A DNA stretch of 63,192 nucleotides, filler included, from Olpidium bornovanus S191 (taxonomy: Eukaryota > Fungi > Olpidiomycota): the NCBI GenBank assembly GCA_017911155.1. It is 26 parts of 26 records of this genome, joined end to end, with 100 filler letters (N's around TTAATTAATTAA, not from the genome) between each part and the next. Parts side by side here need not be neighbours in the genome. Positions count along the whole stretch, not along the records: positions 1 to 2,883 come from JAEFCI010006659.1; positions 2,984 to 4,501 come from JAEFCI010013326.1; positions 4,602 to 12,796 come from JAEFCI010002295.1; 23 more parts are not named here. One strand, given 5' to 3'. The translations under genes were made by a program, and so were the position numbers. How positions within the stretch are numbered: the first letter of the stretch is position 1; each line of letters starts with the position of its first letter. The notes under the pieces are model-generated. The model did no database searches. It worked only from the letters and a program-made list of their open reading frames with translations, and had not been told where the DNA came from. Shown here piece by piece: positions 1 through 12,100 of this stretch.

Positions 1-602
1 CATGTTTTGCGGCAGGCCACGTGCGTCAAAAGGAACATAAAGATCAATTTGTATTCCGCGTACAAAACACACCAAACTTAAAACTCTTGTCAACCGGATG
101 CCCGGTTAGGACCATCAGCTGAGCTCCGAAGTTAAAAAAAAACCAGTGCTTTGCGGAATCTCTGTGTCAAACTAGAGCCTCAGTAGCGAAAGCCTTGCCC
201 CGCGGTCAACAGGACGCACACGGCGGCAGAGAGGCGGGACAGGACTGCGCCGTACAACCCAAACGGTATGCGGCACTTCACCCTTCCCAGCCGGGTCGGT
301 CGCGCGAACGGGTGCTGCAACAAAGCGGATTACCTTAAGTGTTGGAGGGCAAGATTTTTCCCTTCGAACATTTCGCCGGGCTTTTTATTTTTTTTTTCTT
401 TCATTCCAACGCTTGGAAGAAAAGAGGTGTCCATACAAATAACGTGCTGAAACTCGTGGAAGACAAAACGCGGGCCCCGGGCGGGAAAGAAAAAATCGCA
501 AAAAGCACACCTGCGCTCCTTCGCACTCCGCACACCAGCCAAAACACCGCGCGCGCCCGCGTTCCGGGGGGGCAGGGGGGCAAGAGTCGCGAAGCGTGCG
601 CG

Positions 603-1935
603 TCATCCCCGGTCTGGTACCAGCTCGTACGCGAACTCGACCTTGAACGTCGGAATCCGCAGGCCGTCGACCAGGTAGCGGCGCAGCGCCTGGCCGCTCG
701 TGTCGTTGCGGCGGCCGCGCCCTCCCGTCCCCGACACGTACGCCAGGTACATGCCGCTGTACAGTTCCATGGCGTAGCTCGGGCCAAGCCCCACCCGGTC
801 GTCGAACCCGACGGCTCCGGAGCTCCTGGTGTTTTTTTTTTTTTTTTTTTTTTTTGACGTTGCGCGCGGGTTGTGAAGAGAACGACCAAAAATAAAAAAA
901 TCTCATCAGGACTTTTTCATCACCGAAACAAAATAAAAAAATAAAAACAAAATAAAAAAAATAAAAAGGTGGCGGGACGGGCGGTCATCTGCGAAACAGC
1001 GCAAAAGTGGAAGTTGCGAGGTCGGGCGGGGGCTGCTCCTGTCCCACCCTCTGCCAACCAGGTGAGGACTCCCATGTCGTCCTGGTTTACGATGGGCTCG
1101 TCGGTCGCGCAGCAGTCCGGCGGAACGGGGAAATACAGCGCGCTCTTGCCGCCGCCGCGGCCGCCGGCGGAGTACCGCGACATGACGACGGGTGCGCGGT
1201 AAAGTGCCTGGGGAGTCGTGCGCATGACGGCCTCGTAACGCCGCATGCGCATCATCTCCTGGTGCCGCACCAGCGAGTGGCAGCTGCCGACGCCGCGCCA
1301 CAGGCTCATGGGGCCGCCGGGTCCGTCATCGCCGCCGCCGCCGTCTTCCTGCCGCCGCCGCCGTCGCTGCTGGAATGGCCCGGCGGCGTCGGTCCGCAGG
1401 TCGTCGACGAACTCGCCCCCGTACGGCTGGATGACGAACCCCTTCAAATGGTCCCGGTACCGGTCCAGCAGCCCGGTGACGAGGGCCGGGTCGCCCTCGT
1501 AAAACGCGTGGATGTACACGTCGATTTTCTGCTGCGGAGCCGCCGCAGGGGACCGCCGCCGCCGCCGCCGCCGTCGCCGAGCCCGAGGACGAACCGGTCG
1601 AGCGAGTTCCGCAGCTCCTCCGACGCCGCCAGGGACGAGAGCCGGTCGCCCGATATGCACACGGCGTAGGGCGCGTCCGAGATCTCCGGGGACTGGTGGG
1701 TGAACGACTCCCTCCGCACGACGTTCACCAGCTGCGGCGGCTTCTCCCGCCGGGGCCTGCGGGGTTCCGCCTCGCCGCCGAGGCCCGCGCTCGGCTCGCC
1801 GCGCGCCGCCCCCGTGAAGCCGACCTCGTAAACGGCCGGGAGGAGGGCGATGAGGGCGATGCCGGCCACCGCCGTCAGCAGCCCCGCCGTCCGGCCTGCC
1901 CTCGCCCCGCCACGACCACCTCTCAACGTCTTCAT
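603..1935 (-). CDS. Type II membrane protein, putative glycosyltransferase-like; 2 exons, one apparent 1-nt frameshift near 1548
   Basis: N-terminal TM (GLLTAVAGIALIALLPAVY), then AVCISG, IDVYIHAF, RYEAVMRTTP, FDDRVGLG..M..Y. A phase-2 GT-AG intron (~1057-829) joins VLTW|SSGAVGFDDR. The frame changes at a GGGG run after a (CCG)n tract. Confidence 0.55.
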
Positions 1936-2883
1936 CGATCTGCCACCCGACCGGCGAGCGTGGACCACGACAGGGACTGGAAGGCGGGACAATCTGTCGT
2001 CCTTCATTGCGCCGCCGGCCGCGTGATTTTGGACCCTCCGCCCCGGATGATCTAGGCCGGAAGGAGAGAGGAGGGAGGGAAGGGGGGTGGTGGTGGTGGG
2101 GGAAGGGGTCGGGCGCGTAATTGGGGATGAAGATGCCGAGGGTTTTCGAGAAAGAAGTAACGGTGCCGTTTGCTATTCCCCACGTCCTCCCCCAGACCCT
2201 TGCTCTCTCTACTCGGTTTCGACCACGTCCGGCCTGGCAACCGGGGCAACCGGCACTGTTGTCAAAAATAAAAAAAAATTCGAAATTCCAACTCCCCGGC
2301 TCGGGTGGTTGTCGCGTATCCCCGTGTCCCCTCAAGAAAATCTCCGAGCCGACAAAAAAAAAGTCTGCAAACGACCGCAAGCCTGCGGTCGCTGTTACAT
2401 TGTCGACCGCGTGCCGTAAATCAAGTGACGGCCCGCTCTCCGAGCAACCTGAAGAGCGCGTCAATCCGCCATGGAAAATGGCAGACGCCCCGCAATGCCC
2501 CGTCTCTCATCGAGGGCGTCCGTCGGCCGCGTTCGCCTGTCGGTCTGTTTACGGGATGGCCGATTTGATTTCCGCGTACGACCAATTTCAACCGGAACTG
2601 GCGAGTAACGCCAACCCTGACGCGAGTTTTCTGACAACGCCTTCGTAATCGGCCTTGGTGGCGCCTTTTCCGAAGCTGAGCGCGGGGTCGACGAAGCCGA
2701 CAAAGCAGAGCTGAAGCCGAACGAGCCGAAAAAGGTAGGCCCAGAAGACGAGAACGACGGCCTGTTGGGCATATCGGCGTAGTAGGAACCCCCCAATGTT
2801 AGAGTATAGTAAACAGGAGTCTCCCCGTCCTTCCCCCTGCCCGCCTCGTCCGCTCCGCTCCATAACAATAAAACAAACGGTTC

Positions 2884-2983
2884 NNNNNNNNNNNNNNNNN
2901 NNNNNNNNNNNNNNNNNNNNNNNNNNNTTAATTAATTAANNNNNNNNNNNNNNNNNNNNNNNNNNNNNNNNNNNNNNNNNNNN
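2884..2983. other. Artificial contig spacer (first of 25; 44 N + TTAATTAATTAA + 44 N)
   Basis: The same 100-bp unit, with stops in all six frames, starts at 2884, 4502, 12797, 14226, 15583, 17621, 18723, 20532, 25610, 27289, 30594, 31782, 35887, 37718, 39963, 41430, 42806, 44011, 46392, 48242, 49928, 54453, 58841, 60068 and 61526. Confidence 0.99.
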
Positions 2984-4044
2984 CCATGCCGCCGGTGAAA
3001 CCTTATTTCCGTTATCCGTCCAACTCACGGCCTTTACACCCGGCAGTCTTCTCTCCCAAAGGCCCGTGCGAAGCGCGTCCGGGCTGCGCGACAAAACGAT
3101 CGCGTCGGCGAGCGAGGCGGTCCCCGAACCCGAAGCCCCGCCCGCTTCGTCGGCGATGGCGGATAAGATCACCAGCAGCAGCTCGTGCGCGTCCTGCGTT
3201 CCATCAAAACCAGGACGCGTCGTCAGATTAAAAATGCAGAAGCCTTTGCGTGGCGCTTCCCCCCGGCGCCCAGCCTCCCCAACCCCCGAAATCAAGCGAC
3301 ACGCCGAACCTGTTGCTGCAAACTCATTGCAGACCCAGCGCGCGTCTCGAGGGCGGCTATGAGTCCGGTCGGGCGGATCGCCTGCCGCCTCGCCGCAGGT
3401 GCAAGCAAGGACTCCAGAAGTTCGGTCAGGGCGGCAGTGAGCTGTCTACCTTGCTCTCCTCGCTGACCAGGAGATTCGGCGATGCTTGGGTACTCGCGCA
3501 GGTACCGGAGCGATGCTAACGCCTAGAAGCGGTGAACGCCGAGAGTTCGATTCAGCGCGGACCAGTGGAGTTCGCTTCAGCGAAGACAAGTGGCGTGACC
3601 GTTCCTGGGCCTCCCGAGCGAGCGGCGGTTGTCGTACCTGGATCACAGCGTTCATGTAACACCAGTTCGCTGTGTTGAGCAGGCCGTGAACGTACACGGC
3701 GCCGTCGCGGCCTGTTCCCGATTCGTCCACGTGGAAAAAGGCGCCCGTTTTCAGCAGGCAGCTGGCACTGCGCCAGGAGGATGTGGAAGGGGAAGGCGCG
3801 AGCTACGCCACGTCGACGGTTTTTTTTTCTTTTTTTTTTTTTTGCGCTGTCCGCGCCGGGGTCCCGTACCGGCGGTATTCGATGCGTTGTTCCTGCGCTT
3901 CAGCTGCTGCTGCCGCCGTCCCTTTGCACTCGGCCGGAGGACGTAATACGCAAGTGAAGTCAGGACGCCCGTGGCGGCGACGGTCGCAGCAACGCGGCGC
4001 TCCGCCAGCGCCGCAGGCAAGAGAGCGCGCCACGCGGCCAGCAT
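2984..4044 (-). CDS. Ubiquitin C-terminal hydrolase (USP, peptidase C19), USP30/Ubp16-like, 3'-truncated
   Basis: Cys box GLLNTANWCYMNAVIQ followed by a GTACGA donor; next exon ALASL...; QDAHELLLVIL motif; N-terminal hydrophobic anchor (VAATVAATGVLTSLAYY). Confidence 0.8.
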
Positions 4045-4601
4045 CCATTCCCTGGCGGCGAAGCAGCAGGCAACGAGGGCCGAGGAGGAGCAAGACGCGG
4101 CGGCAGCGGGCGCGCCTCCCCCGCCTGCCCTTCCGGCGGTGACGGCCGGCCGCTGCGAGCGCAACTGCAGCAGCGGCGCCTCTGGCAGCGCGAAGTCGGC
4201 GAACATTAGGGCAGGTCGCGGATGCGGAAAGCGGAAAGGGATTTTTTTGGGGGGAAGGGAGAGGGGGGAGACCCTGCCGCTGAAAACTTTTTCCGCTCCA
4301 AACCCAACCGGCCGTTCACAAAGCGGACGAAAGCAGGACCGGTGGAAGTGTCTTAGAGGAAGCCAAAAGCTGTCACGCTGCCATGATCTCGCGGCCACGA
4401 AGATGAAAATCTTTTGGGCGATACCCGTAGAAGCGGCGGAGGAGCTCGGTGAAATTTATTTGCCAGGAGAAGACTGGCGAGGAGACTCGAGCAGGGAGCA
4501 GNNNNNNNNNNNNNNNNNNNNNNNNNNNNNNNNNNNNNNNNNNNNTTAATTAATTAANNNNNNNNNNNNNNNNNNNNNNNNNNNNNNNNNNNNNNNNNNN
4601 N

Positions 4602-7600
4602 CATGCGGAAGCCGGCATTCTGTCGTCGACCGACCTCTTCCTCCTTTCGTATGATTTCACGCTGCTTTGTCCAAATGGCGTCCGCTTTGAGGTCGACCGA
4701 GGAGAAAACCTCTTCGATGCACGCCTGATCCGGCGAGATGGGGCGCACGTTGGACGCCCACAGCTCAGACGTGATCTCGTGCCAGACCTCGCCGACCTTG
4801 AAGTCGAGATAATTCGATATCTGCCGAGGTGGGGCGGAGAGCGGTTCGGACCTCCGGTGCCTTGAACGAGACCAAAGCGTGCGAGGGAAAAAACGTACCA
4901 GGGCGAGTTTGACGGTCGCCTCCGTAGGGAGACCAGTGAACGAGTCGAACCCCAGCTTGCAGAACATTCCGTAAATCTTGCCCCGGAGGTTGTCGTCTAT
5001 TTCCATGATCGCGTCGGAGATGTTCCCGTGGTCCGAGACGCCCTCCGTCGCCCCGTCAACTCTCCACTGCACGGGGTGCAAGCCATGGTGGGCCTAAAGT
5101 TCGGCAGACGGGGATGGCCCGTTTAGCAGCGGCTAGAAGGACGTGCCGCCTTAGCTGAACGTTGCACAAGAAAGTTTACATACCTTGCGGCGAGGAGATA
5201 CCAGGGGCTGCTTCCGATTGTTCAGGCTCCCGTGAGGTCCGTTGACAACTTGCATCGTGGGAACGCGTAACCACGACGGCACTGGGATGCCCGCGCACCG
5301 ATGCGACATTTTCTGGTTTGAAACTCACTTCCCAAAAATTTCTCCTCTTCGTCCCAGATTCTCACCAACATCTCGGCGACGCCAATGGCGCTGTCGCGCC
5401 CGCTCCGCCATTCAATGAAATGCATCGTAGCCTTGGGGTGTGAAAAGTCAACCAAAACGATCAACGATACCGATTAAACCAGCCTCTCCGCGCGCCTCGC
5501 TACGGGCACACGCGGGATGACGCTTTTTATTACCACCTTTGGGTTCTCGAGCAAATCTAGTAGGCATCCAAGGGTGTGCCTGCGCAACATTGATGAAGAC
5601 ACTTCCAGTAAGTCGAGCAAGAGAAAGATGCCTTAACGGCAAATTTGGAACAGGGAAATAGGGGGAGGGGAGGTGCTTGCTTTCGTTAGGACTCGAGATT
5701 TAGGTGCTTTTCTTTTGCGGTAACGTAGATATGGGTGCCAACCTTCGTGCTGGAAGAACACCTCCTCGCTGTGCGATTCGGCGCAAATGGTGCCCCAGAT
5801 ACAGTCAACCACGGCGAACAGCAAGGAATCTCGCTCGCACGTGTCGTTCGCGTCCGCCCTGCGACCACGAGACCGAAGAGTTTCGTCAAGGGCGAATTTT
5901 CCAAGTTTTTAGTGTTCAGTCGCTCACCCTCGTCCGTCGGGTGCCGCACCTCAGATACGGTAGAACTGTCAGAATCCCGTCCTGGGACGAGAACAGCTGG
6001 CGGTTCTGCCCGCAGTTCCGGCAAAGGGAAGCCAGCAACAGCAGGCCGCTACGCTGGACGTTGGCGGTCTGCGTGTGGTCTTGTAATAAAGCTGCATTGT
6101 GGCACCGCACGATTAGGTAGAGCGCCTCACGACAGGTCTTGCGATATGTTCCGCATGCCCGGACAACACTTTTTTTTTGGCCATTTTACGGACCAAGCAC
6201 GTTTTCAACCGCGCCTTCTTCTCCCAATGTAATCTTCTCCTCCTTGCCCTTCGTTGCGACTTTCAGCTGCAATTTGACGACGGTCAGGATGAGCGTGTCA
6301 AGGTCGAGCGACCGATCCCCGGAGATCACGGCGTTGTTCACGCTCTCGCTGCGGACGCGGATAGCCTCCCTCATGTAGTGGAGGTACTCCGGGATGCACT
6401 TCGTGATAACCTGCGTGGGAAGCCTGGGGACGATGGAAGACAGCAGGGACATCGTCTGGTTTTCCGCAGAACCGAGAGTTGCGAGAAGTTTCTCAGCGGG
6501 AGAACCCGTTTCGCCAAGTTTAGCGAAGGTGGCGACCGTCGCACCTGCTCCTGCAGGTCGTTCATCTGGCGCTTGGTGTACTGCTGCATTCCCGGCGCCG
6601 ACTCGTCGAACGTCATTTGCGAATGGAGGTATTCGAGAACTCCGTTTTCGATCGCGACCGCGAGGTTGCTGTCGTCTTGAGAGAGAATTTCGATGAGCTG
6701 CAGGGAGAGCTTTTTGGACGTGAACGTCTCCTTCGAGCACATGCGAACGCTTGAAGCCTGCGGCGTCACCCGGGACGCATCGGGTGAAATGATTTGAGGT
6801 GAGACGTTCCCGTTTCGTTAAGGGGGAGTGAGTGGGGAGGCCGAAGGGGAGGGGGCTCCTACCGGGCATTGTAATTCTTCAAACTTCCCCTCGGTCAGTG
6901 AAGTCAGAAGGTACTGGAAAAAACCAGAATCACGGAACTCCTTCTGGCACTTAGCATCGTCGGCGTTCCGCGCTATTAGGATCAGCAACATGATAATCTC
7001 GTTCCGGTGGTGCCGGTCTGCCGGCCGCAGATCCCGCGTGTTGAAAGAAAACAACAGCTCGCATAATTGAGACAGGCACGTCTTGCGGAATATATTTTGG
7101 ACGTTCACGGATCACCATCACGCACAAAAAAAGAAGAAAAAAAAAGAAAAGAAAAATGGCCGAGACTGAATACCTCTGACCGCAGCCTCGTGGCTGCTTC
7201 CTTGGCGTATTTGGACTCGAGCAAATTCCACAGAATCTCTACCACAAACGACGCGGTGGATTCGTCTTTCGCCGCCGGCAATATCTCCGCCAGGAACTGC
7301 GGTGTATTCTCTGTTACGGCCCGCAAGACTAGGATCAGCCACGGCGGCAGACGTCGCCCGCTTTGTAGCAATATCCCCCACCTGCAATGATTTGCTTACA
7401 GCACTTTGGAGAGAGCGTCAGCCGCTTAAGAGCCCTCAGTGCAGACGCATCCATGGACCCCGTCGTTGCTACTGAAGCGCACAACGCCGAAGCAAGCCGA
7501 CCGGCAGCGTTGCTACGGTAGACACAGCAGAAGCCCCGTGATGGTCGTTAGATCTTCCGCCCCTTTCTCTTCCCCTGATGATCGTCGGGCTGTCCTCCCT

Positions 7601-8035
7601 CTCTTCCCTACCCCTCTCCTCCCTCCCACTTGCGCTGTTTGGTAACCAACTGCCCTATGTGCGGTACCTCTGTTCAATAGCCTCCTGAAACTCGAAGGCC
7701 CATTGCTTCTTCTTTCCGTGGTCTGCATCAAGCGTCCGACCCAATTTCCCCTGCTTGGCTTCTCCGCCCCTGTCACGTGCGCTCGTCAACCGAGACGCGC
7801 TGGTCGCCCCGGAAGCGCTGAAGGAGCCGGCGGTCCCTACTGCGTCTCTTGTGGCCAACTGGTTCGGCATGCTCCGGAGGCGCACGGCCTTCGGATCAGC
7901 CAGCGGGTTCGGTCCGAACGGCGGGGCAAAGAAGTGCGGCTCTCGTTCGGAACGGTGCTGGTACGAGTATTTGTGTATGTTTTGATGGTACTGCTTGTGC
8001 AGCTGCTGGTGGTGGGGAGGCTGGTGGCCCTGCAT
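4602..8035 (-). CDS. CFAP69: Cilia- and flagella-associated protein 69, multi-exon, 3'-truncated; 5' end uncertain
   Basis: Colinear exons match CFAP69 motifs: VEILWNLLE; VDCIWGTI..SEEVFFQHEG|IFLLLDLLE..LLDLLENPK; WDEEEKFLG; MEIDDNLRGKIYGMFCKLGF; NYLDFKVGEVWHEI. The introns I checked are GT-AG. Confidence 0.88.
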
Positions 8036-8767
8036 ATTTTTTTTTCCTCAGTTTGTCTCGGAGGCGTGCGGTTGTTTACTCCGACTTCCCGGAGATTCTC
8101 CGGCGGGCCGAACGAGATATTGAGCCTTTAGAAATCGCTGCGGCAACACCGCGCGGGCGTTCTGCGACTGTACAGATCGCTTCCTTTTCGAGTTTTTGCC
8201 AATCGGCACTTTTTTTTTTTTTTCAGCGAGAACGCCCTCGGGCGGCCGGACTGTGTTTTGATCTTGCGCTCGTTCTCGAGGGGCCTCGTTCGAATCTGCC
8301 GACGGGACTCCGAGCGCTCTCGCTCCCCGCGGGCGCTTGAGATCGTCTCGCTGGTCTACGGCCGCCGTCCCAATGGGAAAGCGGTGATCTCAGATTCTGT
8401 GGTTCGGGTGGTTGGCGCGCGGCGGCGGTGCCCTCGCCTGTTGCCCAGATCAAGCAAAAAAAAAAAAAAGCACGCGTGCGACGCTCGCGGCCACCCCTCC
8501 CCCCCCCTTCCCGCTGCTGCCCCTTGTCTTCACCCTGTCAAACCGAATATCCGTCAATCACGTGACCTTTCCCGTATCGTAAACGAAAGACCCCTCCGCA
8601 GACCGTCCTCCTTTCCTCACCGCCCTTTCTTTTACGGTGTACGACACTTAAAGCCCACTACCCCCCCCCCCAAAAAAAAAAAAAAAAAAAAAAAAAACAA
8701 GCGCGCGGGGGTTTGATCGCGCGGCCGCAGAATCGCACTCCGCGGTATGTTACAAACACGTATTTTT

Positions 8768-8804
<37 letters not shown>

Positions 8805-8976
8805 CTTTTCCTTTGCCGCAAGCGCTCTTTATGATTGTCCGTGCCGGGTGCTCGAAAAACGCGTGGGTGCAGCTTGTAAGGGCAGGCGCGAAAACCAAAC
8901 AGACGTGTGTGCGTATAAAAGGTTCTTCTATCATCGATCTCTACATGATGACGGGCGGGAGAAAATGCTGTAGGAG

Positions 8977-9035
8977 GTGTGTGTGTGTGAGTGTGTGTGA
9001 GTGAGTGTGTGTGTGTGAGTGTGTGTGAGTGTGTG
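8977..9035 (+). repeat. Interrupted (GT)n microsatellite
   Basis: gtgtgtgtgtgagtgtgtgtgagtgagtgtgtgtgtgtgagtgtgtgtgagtgtg. Confidence 0.9.
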
Positions 9036-9167
9036 GTGGGGGAAAGGGGGCTGTGGAGAGGGAGAGAGATGGGGGGGGGGGATCCGGGCGAATCGGAGTT
9101 AACAGCAAAGGGAGGAAAAAAAAGAAAAAAAAATCCAAAAGGGGGATCGAAACTCCTTTCAAGGGAG

Positions 9168-12100
9168 TCACGCCCCGCAATCGGCGGTGAAGTGATCCGC
9201 GCTGCCGCATTCCGCGCAGCCGGCGGTGCACTGGGCGCTGACGTGACCCCTCTCGAAGCACCTGTCGCAGCGCACGTGGTGGACGCTCGGCTGCGGCTGG
9301 CGCCCGCTCGCGGGCCTGCGTCCGCTGCCGCGGGCTGCAAACCCGTCGGAATGCGGGCCCGGGATGCGCGGCTGCCGGATAGGGGTGACGCCGCCGGACG
9401 AGGCGTGCGACGGGACGGGGGAGCCGCGGCCGGGCGTGCCCGCCTGCGGGGAGGGGATGAACAAACCGGGGGGAGGGGCGGCCGATCGCCGCGGCGCGTC
9501 CGCAGCGCCGTTGTAAGGCCCCGGCTCCTGCAGGCCGGACCGCACCTTCTCCGGAATCCTCCCCTCGTGCCGATGGCCGTCCCCGTCAATTCGGGCGTCC
9601 CGGCGCGGGCTCACTTCGCCGTCGCCAACGGCGCCGACGTTGGGTTGCCGGAGCCCCGCCTGCCAGCCCCGTTGGTGATCGGCTTCCCTGGCACGACGAT
9701 CCTCGTCCATGCCCCTCGCGACCTGCAGGAGTTCCACGTAGCGGGTGGACAGTGATGCCACCTGCTTCTGCATGTTGAGAACCACCGTAATGAGGTGCGC
9801 TTTCTCCTCATGTAGCGACCGTATGAAGGCTACTAGCCGGTCCGGCGGGTAATTTTCCAGGTCGCCCGGCAGCGGGTCGATGACGGAAGAGGAAGCGGAC
9901 GAGGTGGGCGTCGGCTCAGATTGCGAGCCCCCGTTGGCAATGCCCGGTGGCGGGCGACCTGCGGACGTGTTCGCGGCCGAAGGCGACGAGACCTGGTCCG
10001 GCAGGAGCGGCGACCCGATCGGCAGTGGCGGCTTTGCGAAGGCTGGGGGGACCTGCGGGCAGGTCGGCTCTGCCGCCGTTGATTTCCGCTCCGCCGAGGC
10101 GGCCACGCTCTTTCCCGGCATCTGCGGGTTGGCGAAGAGGTTCGCGGCAGCAGCCAGCGGGGTTGCGCAGTCCGCTGGGTCGTGCACGTCGTTCGAGGAC
10201 ATCTTTACGTGAAAAGTCGTCGCCCCAGGCTCCGGCGGTGTCGCCGACGTGCGCCCGTCGACGCCGTTGGACAGTGCTCGCGCCGTCGAGTCCGGGGACT
10301 CGACGGGTGCGGGCGCCGCCAAACCTGCGGGGCGCGGCGGGCATGCTGATGCCGCGTCCTTCCCCGGCTCCGGATTGCTTTCGTGAATATGGTCAACACG
10401 GGCAGGCGCTAGCAAGTTTCCATCCGCGGCAGAGTCCTTGTCCGCCGAAATCACCACGTCCTTCTTTTTCTTGTTCTTCTTCTTGCTCCCGTCGCCCGTC
10501 GCGTCATTAGTAGATGACGTCGCTGACTGGGGGGTACCGGGGCGAACGCCATTTCCAGCGAGCGGCTGGCTGGCCCCTTTGCTCTTCTTCTTCTTGCCGC
10601 CTGAAGAGGCGTCGCTATTGACTTGCTGAAGCAGTGACTTCTGGCGCTTCAACGCGCGGGCCTCCAAGGTCATGCGGTGTGCTTCCTTGAGAAAGCAGCG
10701 CGCAACAAAGAGGGAGAGCTCACAACGACCGGTGCTGACGCACTCCGAAAACTCCACGACCGCGGCAGCGCGCTTGCTATTGATAGTCTGAAGCGTCTTG
10801 AACATCTCGGTCTCCGGATGGATCATCTGGCTCAAGACCGTCCCCTCGCGGCGCTCGCCCTCACGCATAAGAGTGTCCAGCAGCGGCAGCGCCGCACCCG
10901 CGATAGCCTTGAGGGGCAGCAGACGAAGCTCACACGCCTCTAGAAACCATGCGCGCAGGCTCTGCTGGGCGTGCTCAAAGCGGCGGATGCGCTTCCGGAA
11001 AGCGGCGTTGTTGAGCTTTTCCAGGCGCCCGGCCGTGGTCGGCTGCGTCTCTTCCAAAAACACGTTGATGATGCCGTCCAGCTCATCCGCCTGCTCGCCT
11101 ATTCTGGCCAGTAGGTCGACCTCCAACTGATTGAGCTGTTTGGTAGTGAGGATGATCAGCAGGCTGAAAGCTTCGCGGATTATGTTGAAGAGGTGGTCGA
11201 AGCTGCGCTTGGTATTCGGCGTGACCGTGGCCATGGCCGTTAGCCGTGCCTTGGCCTCGTCCGCCGCAGTCAAAAGCTTCGCCGCAGTCCCTTCGACTAT
11301 ATTCATGACCTCGCTCGCGAGCGGGAACAGGAAATCCTCGAGCAGCGCGGTGTTCACGTCGTCGAGGCGCTGCATGAACGACGTGAAACCGTTCTCCACG
11401 TCGCTCACAGTGAACTCTTGCACGTTTCCCTTGCCCTTCTTCTTGCCGGATTTTTTGTACTTCTCGTGCAGCACAAACCCGGCCAAGGCCTCAGAATGTT
11501 TGTCCTCGAAAGTTTTCATCAGCTTTTGGATAGACGCGTGGCCCAGAACAGCCTCCCTCGCCGCCTGTTGCTCGCGGATGACAGCGAGGGCGTCCCGAAG
11601 TGGTTTCCACACATCTGCGAGAGCCTTCTCCATCTCAGCCTGGGGGTCGTGACCGAGTCGCTCGATCTCCCCTGACACCGCGTCCCTCGCGACCTTCTCT
11701 TCGGCCGGTGTCTTCCACTTGCTGCGAGGGTGGCAGGCGCCGCCGCTAAACATCTGGTCCTCCAGCAGATCGCGCGACAGGGACCTCAGCCGCTGGATGT
11801 CGTCGACGGGGAGCGTCAGGAAGGAGCGGTCATCCCAGTTGACAGCGTCAAGCACCTCGAGCGGGTACGTGCGCCAGTCTTCGCTCGAACCGCTGACGAC
11901 GCGCGGTGACACCACCACAGGGCTCGCAAAGTCCGGCATCGTCACGTTCTGTGGCGGGAGAGCGATCCAGCGGCTGATTTGCAAGGAAAAGGATTCGAGG
12001 TACGCCGTGTCGCCGTTCGCCGCGTGCTTCGGCTTTGCCTCCGGTTTCTCAGGCGCGTCCTCGCCGCCGGCCGGGTCGGAAGTTGACGAAGTCGGCCCCG

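Noticed and set aside
2884-2983. TTAATTAATTAA as a biological repeat or CRISPR-like element; ORFs ending XXXX-LIN
   Set aside because: It is a constant N-padded linker with stops in six frames. ORFs touching it are artefacts.
5628-5637. ATGCCTTAAC resembling the 5' end of U12 snRNA
   Set aside because: It is the antisense of a CFAP69 splice acceptor, and there is no downstream U12 structure or Sm site.
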